From the human T2T-CHM13v2.0 reference genome, Homo sapiens, in assembly GCF_009914755.1 (NCBI RefSeq), contig NC_060943.1: a stretch of DNA of 64,000 nt. The stretch is one strand, 5' to 3'. This document shows positions 32,650 through 56,890 of this stretch, piece after piece (within the stretch, counting starts at the first letter, position 1; the number at the start of each line of letters is the position of its first letter). The translations under genes were made by a program, and so were the position numbers. The notes below the pieces were generated by a model. The model had not been told where the DNA came from. It searched no databases and saw nothing but the letters and a program-made list of their open reading frames with translations.

Positions 32650-34060
32650 GGCAGAGGGTCAGCAGTCACCCGCGTCTGGGTTCGCAGCTCCGGGTACGCT
32701 GTAGTTCCGCACCCGGTTGCCCACGCCCGGGACCACCCACTGTGTCTTTTCGGAACTGTCCAGCGTGTCCTCCTAGACCCCAGACACCCACCCCAAATCT
32801 AGGTCCCAGCGTTTTGCAGGGGACCTTCATCCTGGGGCGTTCACCTCTGACTTCCCTCTTGGGCCTTTTCGCTACGGCCAAGCCTAAGTGGCTGAAGCGC
32901 GGACGAGGATGCGCGGGGCCTCGGTCTCCAACTGCACCACAGGCCGCACCCACGAACCTGGTCCGGCACAGTTACTACCGCCCGGGCCTCCAGGCCTCAG
33001 GGCTGCAGAAGCTCAGTCCCGGGAAAAAAAGCACACCGGCCTGAGGCTCCACAGGAACCTTTTCTCCACCTTGGCCCGGCCTGCAAAACCTGGCCCACTC
33101 CGCGCTCTTTTCCCTCAGAAAAGCAGCGGCCACAGTGGCGCCCGGCTCCCAGCCCCAGCCTCACCCGACTCAGAGGATAGCCCAGCCCTGGGAGTCAGCG
33201 GCGCCAGAATACGGGAGAGCGCCTGTCTCGGTCGCGAATGCGCAAGCGCGCGGGGGGGCGGAGGCAAGTCCCGCAGCTGCTCCGGGCCGGGAGGGGCGCG
33301 TGGGGCCGGGTCTCGGCGGGGATAGTCGGGCCGGGGAGACGGAGCCAGAGGGGCCGCAGTGTCCCTCGCCTCAGGCCTCTACCTGTAATGGCCGCCCCGT
33401 GACTGACCAGTGCCATTAAAGATAATCCAGGCCTGCTCCCCTGTGGACACTGCGGTCCAAAATTTAAAAAAACAATATTCCGCCTTTTTATTTTTCATTT
33501 GGTTCTCGGCTCGGAGACAGGCGGAGGCTGCGAGCCCCGCCCCGCCCCCAGCGACGCCTCACCGGAACCTTTGGAAATCGGCTTCTGCCTCGAGTGCGCA
33601 AGCGCGCGGGGGGCGAACGCTGGGGCCCTTCAGGGAGCAAGGGAGAAGTGTGGGGCCGCACCTGCCGAGGGGTCGGGAGGTTTGGAGGAGGGTGGAGGTT
33701 GGCTACAGGATCCCGATGGGGATGGAGTGTTCAAATCTAGGCCTGTAGCCGTGACCCTGGCGTGAGGTGGATGGAGGAAACCCCAGTATCGCGAGCCTGG
33801 ACCAAGGCGCGGCGCGTGCTGCCTGTGGTGTTTGCTGAGTGACGGCCGCCGCGCCCCCGCGTACCTGGACCGAGTGCCTGGCCGCTGGCGGAGTAGTGTT
33901 TCCGTGCACGGGGCTGCTGCGTGCGCGTGTGCCGTTCTCTAGCGGGGGATTAGGATGGTGCCGCAGAGAAGGCTGCGCGGTGGTGCCTGACTCTGACGCT
34001 GGCTGTAGCGGGTCTCTGGGGTCTTTGCGGTTTGTGTCTGCGTTTGTGACGTACCTGACA
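32650..34060. promoter_or_regulatory. ZFP30: CpG island: ZFP30 promoter and non-coding first exon(s), possibly bidirectional
   Basis: Dense undecayed CpG, GC boxes and two NRF1-like TGCGCAAGCGCG sites (33239, 33595). Minus-strand donor-like GG|GTGAGG at ~33165 and GG|GTGACT at ~32670. Confidence 0.9.
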
Positions 34061-34931
34061 TCGGATCTGTGACTGTGGCTCTGCCTCATCCAGCGTTATT
34101 TCCAGAATCCTTCTGATAGGGCAGCGCTTCTGGTTCTGGTTTTCCATGGAGACGGTTTGTGGGTCCCTATGAAACTGAGTGTTGGGATTTTGATTATCTG
34201 CATCTGGCCCTTGTGTGCCCTCAGGACTGTGGTGTTAGGCAAGTAAAATAATTGCAGGAAAAAAAATTGGAAAGGAATAAGGTTGCTATTACTTCCAAAT
34301 GATGGAATTGTAGGACTGTGTCAGAAAATTGAATAGGACACCATGAAACGGGAGGGAGAGGCATTTTATTTTCTTCCATACCTGGTCTTGGAATATTCTA
34401 ACAAATGAGATTTGTTTTTTCCCCTTTGTTCCTGGATGAACTCTTGGATAAATTCAATGTCTCCAAGCATTCTTGGATAGTAAGTTTCTTTGATCTTTAG
34501 TTGAAAGATCAGCCTCATTTTCGTAGCTAAAAATACCTTTAGTAATAAAAATGTTCATTGTAATACTTCATTTAAAATATTTAAAACTTTCTTCTTTCTC
34601 CTTGATCTCTTCCAGATATCTCAAGTTTTGGTTAAGTGAATATGTGGAGTATATGTACTAATTACGTCAATTATTTTCTCTTTAAAACCAAGTACATTTC
34701 TTACATGAGTTTGTTTATCAAGGATTTATTGGTTTTCTTTGTACTTGTTGCTATTTTTTAGAAATGTTCCAACAGATATGTTAAATGTTCATCGATTATT
34801 TTTTCAGTGGTTCAAACATCGGAGTAGAATCTCTCTTCCATTCTGTGGCTGCAATTGGACTGTACAGTTGTCCTAAAATTTACCGTCATTGTTTTCCTAA
34901 GTTTGATTCTTGTTTCCTAGAATTCAGCTAA

Positions 34932-35196
<265 letters not shown>

Positions 35197-37571
35197 TAGT
35201 TTAAGTAGAGATGGGGTTTCACCATGTTGGCCAGGCTGATTTCGAACTCCAGACCTCGGGTGATTCGCCCACTTAGGCCTCCCAAAGTGCTGGGATTACA
35301 GGCGTGAGCTACCGCGCTGGGCCTGAAAATGTCTTTATTCTGCCTTCACACTTTGCCTAGATTCAGAATTTGGAGGCGTCACTTCACAGTGTTCTAGTAG
35401 CTAATGTTGTCAAGTCTAATACCAATTGTTTTCTGTTCCTTTTTAATTTCATGTCCCACTCCCACCAACGCCCAGATACCTATTGCCACCTGTAATCCAC
35501 AATGCACTTACATTTCATAATTTATGCACTTGGCATGTATGTTTAAACATTTTTTTCTGGTAGTTATAGGGCAGCACTTTATAGGTCTGAACATTTTTCT
35601 TCCTCTTTTTCTTTTTTGACAGTCCTCTATCCTTCTGAATTTTTGTTCTCTTGTCCTGGAATTTGTATTTCATGGAAGGACTTTTCATGAGCTGTATGTT
35701 TTGTCTCCTATTTTTTCTCTTTTTCTCTTACTTTGGGAAATTTTGTTGACTTTACAGTACAATTGTATTTATTTTTAATTTGATAATCATTTCTAATTTC
35801 CAAGAGCTCCTTTATATTCTGTAATTTTTATTTCTTCATAGCCTTTCGTTTTTATTATGGATGCAATAAAACCTCTAATCTCTCAGAGGGCAATTAGTTT
35901 AAAGTTTTCTGGTGCTTTTTTTTTTAATCTATTTTTGTCTTTTATATCCAAATCAAATTCCCCCTTTACAAAAAAGTTTGAATTGTTCTCTTTTTATACT
36001 GGATACTTCCCTGAAATGTGTGGTAATCCTTGCCTCTAGTCATGGAGTGAATCTTCTCAACCTGACTTCAGAGCCAGCCGTTTCATTGGGAGATGTGAGC
36101 TGTTCTTTAGTTCCTCCTTTGAGGACAGTGAGTTAGTGATGTCTGAGACCTCAAAGACCTCTCAGAGGCCCACAGTTTTGAGTGTAGTTTTTCATTTAGT
36201 TTGCCTATGACTCAGTTCTGTCTTTCTTTATGCAGGTATACATCCTCTCTGGGTCATTTTATCCACAGATCACCCCCCTACCCCAATTTAGTGTATTTGA
36301 TCACATAAGAGAGGAAAAGTAAAAAAGGTGAACAGCCAGTTTGTGTTCAAACTTTCAACCAATCTCCTGTTTCCAGATCCACATCTCTCCAGGGTCATGC
36401 TCTTTGGTGCCTGAGCTTCCAGGGGTTTATGCATTGAATTGCCTCATTAATAGAAATCTGACTCCTAAGCCCTTTCATACCAGAATTCTTGGACAGTTCT
36501 CCTGTTTTTGTGTGTGCGTTTTTTTTTGTTGTTGTTGTTGTTTTGTTTTTGCAGTCTCCCTCCTCATTTTCTTTGGTTCTTACATGTTAATACTTTTTAT
36601 ATTCCTTTACTTAATATATTCATTTTAATATTTTTTTTTTGCAGAGGAGAAATGGGAAATCAATGCATCTACTTACTCTGTTTATGGAGAAGCCTTTCAT
36701 TACTCTTTTAAGTAAGATTTTGCTTGTACCGGACTTTTTTTTTTTACACCAGCTTATTTCTTTTAGTTACTGCTTTTGTTTTCTGTTTCATTAATTTCCA
36801 CTTTTATCTTTATCAGTTTCTTCTGATGACTTCTCAGGGTGTATTTTCTACCTTTTTATTTACAGTTTTCTATTCCTTTCAAATTCATCAGGTTGTATTC
36901 TGAAAAAAACCCTTGGTCTTAACTTCCAACTTGCTGAGAGATGTTCTCTAGCTGTTTCAGTATTTTCACTCCTTTTTTAGCCCAATTATTATTTTTTAAA
37001 ATTAATTCTGAAAAATTACAGATACACAAGAGAATGTATAAATGTGTTTACAGTTGAATGAATGAAAATAATGAAACTAATTCTTGTACCATAACTTCAT
37101 AAAATATGAAGGTCTCTTAATATGTTTTTGGCTAATATTTACATAGGAAAAAATTTACACTCCTAAAACTCAATGTGACATATTTTTTATTTTGAAATAG
37201 TTTTGAATTTTCATTCTCCTATAGCCTTCCCCCAGATTCACCAGTTGTTCATGGTTTTCCACATGTGCCTTATCATACTCTGTCCATATTTATATTTTTT
37301 AGTGGACCACATGAGAGTAAATTCCAATCATACCCTTTACATCTAATTACTGAAGTGAGTCTGTCCTAAGCTCAAAGACATTTAGTTACTTTACCATTAA
37401 GTATTAAAATCAGGAAATTTAATATTACAAAAATCTAATGAATGCCCTTTATTAATATATTTTGCCAGTTGTACCTGCAGTATTCTTGAATAGCACTTTT
37501 TTATTTGTCTAGAATTCATTGTATTATCACTGATTGAATTTGGCTGATAAGTATATTTAGTCTTTCATCTA

Positions 37572-38297
<726 letters not shown>

Positions 38298-38870
38298 CTA
38301 GGCTTGCAGGACCATCACGTCTTCCCTCTTCCCCCTGACTCACCCTAAACACTATAACAACCAGAAACATTTCCACAAACAACCACTCTTCCTATTTGGA
38401 ACTATTCAGAGGCCTTACCTGTCATGTGGAGATAATATTAGTGCCTATTGCTTGGGTAAATCATGGGGCTGTTGTGAGGTTAAGTTACTTAATATATGTC
38501 AGGCATTGGGAACAGTGTGCAAAGACACACACACTGTACATTCAAGGATACTCACTGCAATAGCAGAAGTCTGAAAGCATCCTGCAATTATCAATGGGTC
38601 ACTGGTTATAAAAATTGGATACCTTTGTGCATTGGATTATAATTATCTAGGATAACTGTATGTTTGTATTTGTTGAGGACAGTCCTGGTTTATGTCCTTG
38701 TCCTGGAGTAAATGATATCACCCACTTTCACTCTCAAAAGCATACTGCTTTGAATGTTACATAATCTGGTTACTCTTTAGGTCTATACATGTAGATATAA
38801 AATTGTCTCTAAGAGGCTGGGCGCCACACTTGTAATTCCAGCACTTTGGAAGGCTGAGACAGGCAGATCA

Positions 38871-39169
<299 letters not shown>

Positions 39170-39252
39170 CTAGGCAGGGGGATTGCTTGAGCTCAGGAGT
39201 TGGAGACCAGCCTGGGTAACATAATGAGATCCCATCTCTACAAAAAATTTTA

Positions 39253-39435
<183 letters not shown>

Positions 39436-41812
39436 CTAAGAAAGTTTAATATGGGAATTGAATAACAATTGTTTAAGTAAAAAAAAACTAGAAATGTGCA
39501 AAAAATAGGAAGTACACTTAGATGCATACATGTGCTTGTGTACGGATGGGATATCTGGAATGAGATGCAAGAAAATGATTAAGTGGATTTCTGGGACTGG
39601 GATAGAACTGAAGGACTGGTCAGAACAGGAGAGAAACTTACCTTTAATGGGACATGCTTTTTAACAGTTTGATTTGCTTTTGAAAAGAACTATGAACATG
39701 TGTTACCTTTTCACCAACTATAAAATTATTATTATTATTATTATTACTAAGTATATGGAGAGGGCTCTTGACAGGAATCTGATGTACTGTCCTGTTCCAT
39801 GAATTTTCCATCCCAGAAGCCCCATGGTCAGCTGGGCATTGCCAATCAATGGGATGCCGCCTGGTCCAGGGTCACTCTGACGCATCAGACATCTGCTTTG
39901 CTTCAATTACTACAGGGTTGCCTTTGAAGACAGAATTTCCATGCAAGGTACAAGAAGCAGGACCAATGATAAGCCTTCTCTTGGAGTAGGAGAGTGGGGC
40001 AGGTAGATCTCAGAGTGAGCTCATAAACAGAGTCCTGGTGTGTGAGTGCTGGTTTCTTCTACAGTGATCCGTCCCAGGACTGCTGTGACCCCTGTGGGGA
40101 AGGAGCCCGCATAGCTGGTGTTGCTGTCTGGAGTAGAATCCTGTGCCCCACTCTTCTCATGTTTGGATATATCTACTAAACCTCTTGTTTTAATAGCAAG
40201 ACATTGAGCTGCTGACAACCCATAAAAGGTACAGCCTTGGCTGGGCACAGTGGCTCACGGCTGTAATCCCAGCACTTTGGGAGGCCAAGGCAGGTGGGTC
40301 ACCTGAGGTTAGGAGTTTGAGACCAGCCTGGCCATTATGGTGAAACCCCATCTCTACTAAAAATACACAAATTAGCCAGGCATAGTGGCAGGCGCCTGTA
40401 ATTCCAGCTACTCAGGAGGCTGAGGCAGGAGAATCGTTTGAACCCGGGTGGCAGAGGTTGCAGTGAGCCAAGATCATGTCACTGCACTCCAGCCTGGGTG
40501 ACAGAGTAAGCCTCCATCTCAAAAAAAAAAAAAAAAAAAAGGGTACAGCTTTACCCTGCAGGATGTCAGTATGTGAGTAAATTCTTTGACTTGATTTCTC
40601 AAGTGGCTACACAGTAGGGCAGAAATTGCCCGGCCTGTTTCACGGAACTGAGGCCCAGACATTTTCAGGGCAGAATTGCAGGTAGAAGAATGGCAGAGCT
40701 TGTTGGCTGGGACTTCCCTAGGAGAGGTGTTGCCTGTGCTGGGGACTTGGTGGTGTGGAAGCAGTTGGGGATTTCACTATGAGATTGAAGTGAAGTCATT
40801 ATTGAGTCATGAATGGAGTGTAAGTGTGGCTTGTACCTGTACATGCCAGCCCTGGCAAGAGTCTCCGGTCCAGTTGCAGGGGTGCCATAAGCAGCGAACA
40901 GCCTTTGGCCATGAGGTCCTGTTTTTTCCCCTTTCCCAGGTTGTTGGTGATGGGGTTAACTGGACCCAAGATGATGAGAGAGAAGGGAAGCAGGTCCGAG
41001 CCACACTCGGAGCTTTGACATCTGGAGCTCAAAAGATGTGGGACAGTGTGTGCCTCTGTGTAGGGAGGGCTCCCTGCAAGCCAAAGCTCTTGGTTTACAA
41101 TTGGGCGTATCAATTAACTTGACCCAGTCAAGGTGAATCTCAGAGGATTATTTTGGAATGCCAGGCAAAGGTGCTCTCCCTCTTGTACTGGAGGGGATAT
41201 GTCCAGATAGGAGGCCTGGAACTGATGCAGTCATGAGGAAATTAGCCTCAAGCCAAAGCCAAAACACTGGCAAAGGGAGAGCTGAGTGTTCAGTGTTGAA
41301 ACCTGATGACATAGTGAACATCTTGATCATGCCATACCTGAAGCTCCATTTATCTTTGGACTTTTTGGTTACAAAAGCCAAAAAAAAAAAAAGTCATTAA
41401 TTTTTTTGCTAAATGAACTATTTTTTACAATGGTTTTAGATTTATGTAAGACACAAAGATATGACAATTTCATACACTCACACCAGGTTTCCCCTAGTAG
41501 TAACACTTACCTTAATATGATACATTTGTTACAATTAACCAATACTGTCAGGGAACAGGGCCCATGCCTGTAATTCCAGTGCTTTGGGAAGCTGAAGCAG
41601 GACAATAACTTGAGGCCAGGAGTTTGAGACCAGCCTGGGCAACATAGCAAGACCCTTCACTACAAAAAAATATTTTTTAATTAGCCAGGCATGGCTGGTG
41701 CTGTGGCTCATGCCTGTAATCCCAGGACTTTGGGAGGCTGAGGTGGGTAGATCGCCTGAGGCCAGAAGTTGGAGATGAGCCTGGACAACATAGCAAGACC
41801 TTGTCTCTACTA

Positions 41813-42055
<243 letters not shown>

Positions 42056-42058
42056 TCA

Positions 42059-42349
<291 letters not shown>

Positions 42350-43002
42350 TTATCAATTATTTCTATAAGATTAAATTACTTTTCCAAAAATGGACAATGG
42401 TGGCATCCCAAAATTCTATGATACACTTTTATGTCTTTTGTGTCTTTTTATGAAGCTAGCTATAAAAATTACCAGTAATCAATGAAAATTAGGAGACAAG
42501 TAAGGAAAGAAAAATGAATATAGAATAGGCAACTTAAATGAAAATTACATAAAAGCATTGATAGACATAAACCTTGTCAGTAATTCCAAAAGTGAGTGGA
42601 CTGTTATAGTTGAAACTTTTTTTTAATTAGAAAATACTAATCTGGGCCGGGTGCAGTGGCTCACACCTGTAATCCCAGCACTTTGGGAGGCCGAGGCAGG
42701 CGGATGATGAGATCAGGAGTTTGAGACCAGCCTGGCCAACATCATGAAACCCTATCTCTACTAAAAATACAAAAATTAGCGGTTTTGATCATTTACAGTT
42801 TCAAAGTATCTTCCCACAAAACACTTAGTAATTAAAAAGGGGAATATGATAATTTTAGAATGGACAAACCTGGTCAACAATACTTTAATCAAGAGATACA
42901 GGTTAGCATCACTAATGTGATGCACTGTTAATAAAAAAGGAAAGGCTGGGGCACGGTGGCTCATGCCTGTAATTCCAGCACTTTGGGAGGCCAAGGCAGG
43001 CA

Positions 43003-43440
43003 GATTACCTGAGGTTAGGAGTTTGAGACCAGCCTGGCCACTATGGCGAAACCCCATCTCTACTAAAAATACAAAAATTAGCCGGGCGTGGCGGCGTGCA
43101 CCTGTAGTCCCAGCTACTCGGGAGGCTGAGTCAGGAGAATTGCTTGAACTGGGAGGCAGAGGTTGCAGTGAGCTGAGATCACACCACTGCACTCCAGCCT
43201 GGGTGACAGAGCAAAACTCCCTCTCAAAAATAAAATAAAATAAAATGGAAAAGCACTGTGTATATAGTACAGTATGGTATAGTGTAGTACAGTATATGGG
43301 TGCCAAAGCATACATAATCTGAATATAATAATTAGGAAACATTAGAAAAGCTCAAATTGAAGGATGTTTTATAAAACAAATGGCCAGTATTTTCCAAAAA
43401 TGTCAATGTCATAAATGACAAAAAGACTGAGGAACTGCTC
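43003..43440 (-). repeat. Right arm of the inverted duplication
   Basis: Similarity ends abruptly at ...GAGGAACTGCTC|cactatg (43440). Confidence 0.92.
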
Positions 43441-43661
43441 CACTATGTCCTGCCAAAAAAAATTTTTTAATAGAGTTGAGGTCTCACTATCTTGCCCAGG
43501 CTGGTTATCAAGCTCCTGCCCTCAAACAATACACCAGCCATGGCTTCCCAAAGCACTGGAATTACAGGTGTGAGCTACCATGCCTGGCCTAAGTAATAGC
43601 TTTTAAAGGTAATTATCTTTGATTAATTTTTCAATGTTTTTGAAGGGATAATTTTTTTGAA

Positions 43662-43925
43662 AGACCTTTCTGAAGGTCTTTCCCCATATCTAACATTCAT
43701 AGGGTTTCTGATTAGTATGACTTACTTGATACTGAGTTAACTGAAAGTTATGACCAAAGTCTCTGCCACATTCCTTATATTCTCTGCATTTCTTTCCAGT
43801 GAAATTTCTCTGATGTTCCATATGATTTGTGCAAAATATAAAGGTGCTCCCACACATTTCATTAAGCTTATCACTGGCATGGATTCTTCCTTGTGGAGTA
43901 AAGTTTTCACATTTTGGCTTCATTC
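43662..43925 (-). pseudogene. Orphan partial duplicate of the ZNF781 spacer and first finger
   Basis: ORF 43690-43923 (...GRIHASDKLNEMCG...[19 protein letters not shown]) aligns colinearly with 47760-48015 (...GRIHISDKLDEMCG...[19 protein letters not shown]). Confidence 0.88.
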
Positions 43926-44556
43926 AGACTTTCTATAGCTTCAAGTTTGGCTTCATTCAGATTTTCTATACCTCAGTGAACCAACTAGAAACATTTACAT
44001 ATTCCTGTAAAATGAAGTTTACCATAGATATTTTAAATTTAATTGAAATACTAAACAAAATAATTCATAATATTAAAAATGCCTGTAAAATTTCCATGTT
44101 CCCATTTGCACTGATGCATTTATGTTATTTCTCTTACTCATCTCAATCATAACTGGCAAATTTAGTCTATATTACTGGTTATTTCAAACCACTTTTAGAT
44201 AAAGTCCACTTTCTGTTTAGCTCATTTTCTTTTTAAGTAATTCATTCAAATTCACTGAATAAACAGATTGATTTGTGAATACGTTTCCAGCGTCAATTTT
44301 GGGTTTGTTACTTTTCTGCTTGAATGTTTATTCAGATGAGCCATATACCTCAGGTTTTATTATGCAACACTCTCACTATCTTTCATATCTAAACAGCTTG
44401 TTATTTCAGATTACATTTTTCACTTAATCCAAGAACTATATATGGTGGTGTTTATAAACTGCAAATTTTTAAAATTTACCTTTTGTATCTACTTGTCTTG
44501 TTTTTTTTTTTGAGATAAAATCTCACTCTGTTGCCCAGGCTGGAGTGGAGTGGTGA

Positions 44557-44922
<366 letters not shown>

Positions 44923-45949
44923 TAGCCAGGATGGTCTTGATCTCCTGACCTCGTGATCCGCCCACCTCAGCCTCCCAAAGTACTGAGATTACAGGCGTGA
45001 GCCACCAGGCCCAGCCTGGCCAGGCTGGTCTCGAACTCCTGACCTAAAGTGATCCACCTGCCTCGGCCTCCCAAAGTGCTAAGATGAGAGGCATGAGCTA
45101 CCACACCCAGCCTGTCTTGAGTTACTGTCAGAAAACGTACACTGCTTTTTGAAACTTGCTTCAGATATATCACTTCTCATATCAACTTTACTCTAAAAAA
45201 ATTTACTTACTATATCCATTCAGTGTTTCCAGAGTGAATTTTCTGATTCAACTAAAATAAATTTAAATGAATGTTTCCTCATACTCACTATATTCTAATA
45301 ATTTTCATTCCAGAATAAATTATCATAGATTTGCAGTCAGAGAAATTGTGATGGTGGATTTCATTATATTAGTAAAATCTGCATAATTAAATGTTCTTAT
45401 ATAAATATTCCAAGAGTAGTAATGAAGGTGATAATCATGACAGCCAATATTTACTGAATAGTTTCTATTTGCCAATAACTATTCCCAAAGTCTTTGGATA
45501 AACTCATTTAATCTTCACAATAACCTTATCACAATGTAAGAAATTTGTAATCTGAAGTATACAGTTTAAATTACTTGGTAATAAAACAGACGTGGAAACT
45601 GGTGAAAGTATAATGATGCTGAAAAAGATTCGTGTAATAGATAAAAGCTTTTCTACATTCACAAAGTCAACATGATTATTCTCTATATGCTATTCTCTAT
45701 AAGTCAAATAAAATTTTAGTGGTAATGTTTTTATTAATAATTGATATTCTATTTTTTCCATATAAATTCTGATGCTTAATAAATTGTGAATTATGAGGTA
45801 AAAAAATTTACAGTCACTGGATTTTCTTCACTTACAAATTGTTTGCTATTCCATAATTGATAATTTCAAAATCAAGGATTTCCTATATTAATCACACTAT
45901 ACATTATATAATGTTGAGTATATTGTGAGAGTAGATCTTTACACATATC

Positions 45950-48298
<2,349 letters not shown>

Positions 48299-48419
48299 CT
48301 TAAAGAAAATAAACATCATGTTTTCCTCTTTTATGAGAAATAAAACTGCATAGAAGCAGTCAAACAGATAATATTGCCCTTAAGCAAGAAATGGCTTAGA
48401 TAACTTTTAAATCTTGGCA

Positions 48420-51265
<2,846 letters not shown>

Positions 51266-51438
51266 TCTTTGTAAATATTTGAAATACTTCCCATTTGTCA
51301 AACTTTTTCTCCCAAGACCTTGGGCCTCTGAGGGAAGGTTTCCACACAATATCTCAAACAAAAGACATCACCACTCTGACCAGTTTGGGCTTCCCTAAAA
51401 TGCACTTCTGCTGGGAGTACCCCAACACCCTTACCCAC

Positions 51439-51528
51439 CTGGATAGCACCCTGTTTTCCCAGCCATCCAGGGTTCTTTCCCTTGTTCCAATAGGGAAATC
51501 ACTGATGGCTTAGAAATGGCAAGTCCTG
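51439..51528 (-). pseudogene. ZNF781: ZNF781 KRAB-B exon
   Basis: tttgag|CAG GA CTT GCC...TAT CCA G|gtgggtaag encodes (A)[29 protein letters not shown]. Confidence 0.88.
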
Positions 51529-52198
51529 CTCAAAGAAATAGGATACTAAAAATAAATAAGCCAAAAAATGTTCTTATTTAGAATTGGTTTAACCTAAAGC
51601 TAATTCAGGTTCCTCTGAAGACTGATGGAAACAGAAAATCATAATTTGGCAAACACCAGAGGAAATAACTACTGTCAGAGCCAAGTGTAGTGGCACACGC
51701 CAGTGGTCCCAGCTACTTGGGAGTCTGAGGCGGGAAGACTGCTTGAATCCAGGAGGTCAAGGCTATAATGAGCCAAGATCATGCCACTGCACTCCAGCCT
51801 GAGTCACAGAGCAAGACCCTGTCTCAAAAACATAATAACCATAACTGTTCTCTGCAGGAATCACTGATGAAACTAAAGTGATAAAAATGTCATGAGCAAG
51901 AGGGTATTTGTAGAGCCTCAAATTTCTTTACAAGTTACTTACTGATTGCAAAGGTAAAAATAGTGGCTTTACTATGCGGAACCCTAGAGGATACCATTTC
52001 AAGCATCAAAACAAGATACTGTTTTTGATTGGCCATTATTTATGTCCTGATACAATGCACTGAAAAAGGCATCACTTCTGTAGTATTCTTCCCAAAAATA
52101 CATAACTTTAAAGTAATCATAAAAATATGGGTCAAGGCCGGGCGCAGTGGCTCACGCCTGTAATCCCAGCACTTTGGGAGGCTGAGGCAGGTGGATCA

Positions 52199-52464
<266 letters not shown>

Positions 52465-52902
52465 CTATGTAATAACAGGCCAGCACAGTTTAAAAGTGTT
52501 AATTAGGGTCATAAAAGAGAAAAAACATTTCCAAGATTGAAGAGGGCTACAGATACAAGACAACTAAATGCAATGTGGGATCCTGGATCAGTACAAGTGG
52601 GATCCTGGATCAGTACCAGGATAATTAATGACATTTGAAAAAAGGAAATAGATAACTTAATATTATATCAATTTTACTTTTTGGTTTAGATATTTGTACT
52701 ATGCTTATGTAAATTATTAGCATTAGGGAAAACTGACTGAAGAGTAGATGGACATTTGGCATACTGGTTAGTTCTAGCTCTCGAAATCATTTCAAAATAA
52801 AAAGTTTTGGCCAGGCATGGTGGCTCATGCCTGTAATCCCAACACTTTAGGAGGGCGAGGCAGGCTGATCATGAGGTCAGGAGATCGAGACCATCCTGGC
52901 TA

Positions 52903-53169
<267 letters not shown>

Positions 53170-53391
53170 TCACTTGAGGCCAGGAGTTTAAGATAAGCCT
53201 AGGCAACATAGCAAGACCGTATCTCTACACAAATTTAAAAAATTAGCTGGGCACGGTGGCACACTTGTAGTCCCAGCTACTTGGGAGGCAGAGGTGAGGG
53301 AATCACTTGAGCCCAGGAGTTTGAGGCTGCAGTGAGCCACAATCATACCACTGTACTGTAGCCTGGGTAACAGAGTGAGACCTTGACTCAA

Positions 53392-53437
<46 letters not shown>

Positions 53438-53993
53438 ATTTAAAAATGGGCCCCAGAGAAGCTTTTGGATAAAAGAATGATGAAGACGTCAGAATACATT
53501 CACATTAAGCTGACCTAAGGAACACAAGGAACAAAGAGACAAATGAGGCAGAAAGGTCTTAGTTAAATTTAAATCTACGTGGGCTCTATCTCTACTTATT
53601 TGGGTAAGAAAAAGCAAGAAGCCTCAAGACAGAATCAATGTGTCTTCCTGTGAAATGTCAAATTCCTAGAATGTAGCTCTCAAACATAAACATAACAGGG
53701 TATGTGTTTTCCTAAATTGTAGATGAACCATCACGTCTTAAATCCTACAGGTTATTATATAAATGTCCCTCGACCATCATCTAGCTCCTTAAAAATCAAG
53801 AAAAAACTCAGTTACATAAGGAGCCCAGGGAAAGAGTGAAGGTCAGTGAAGAACAAGAAATATGAAGGTGCTTGAGAGTAGCAATCTATTCCAAGAAAAC
53901 AAAACTCAAACCAGTTTTTTGGAACATGGAACAGAAATTTAGATATTTAATGCAGCCCCAGAATTCCCAGTGGAGAGAATATTTTCTGAATTA

Positions 53994-54158
<165 letters not shown>

Positions 54159-54459
54159 TTAACATATGTAATAATAAAGAAAATATATTTTAGGTGAATG
54201 ATAAGGATATAAAAAGGGATTTTCCTAGAAGGCATTCTATAGTAAGCAGTAGGTTGAAATTGGAAACTTATGGAGGCGGCAATAAGGAAATGAATACACA
54301 CATATTGTTGAGCAGTCCTGTGCTGTGAGGTAGATACAACATCCTGCCACTGTGGGAAATTTCTATTAATCGGAACATGTTGAGAAGCCAACAGTGTAAA
54401 ACAATGTAAATTGAAACTGGGCCAGGCGCAGTGGCTCTTGCCTGTAATCCCAGGACCAT

Positions 54460-56889
<2,430 letters not shown>

Positions 56890-56890
<1 letters not shown>

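Noticed and set aside
32571-34147. Overlapping ORFs in the CpG island
   Set aside because: GC-rich DNA is poor in stop codons; the ORFs have no recognisable domain and mostly non-ATG starts.
40676-41122. 148-aa and 104-aa ORFs as a possible processed pseudogene
   Set aside because: No homology I recognise, and no poly(A) tail or TSD.
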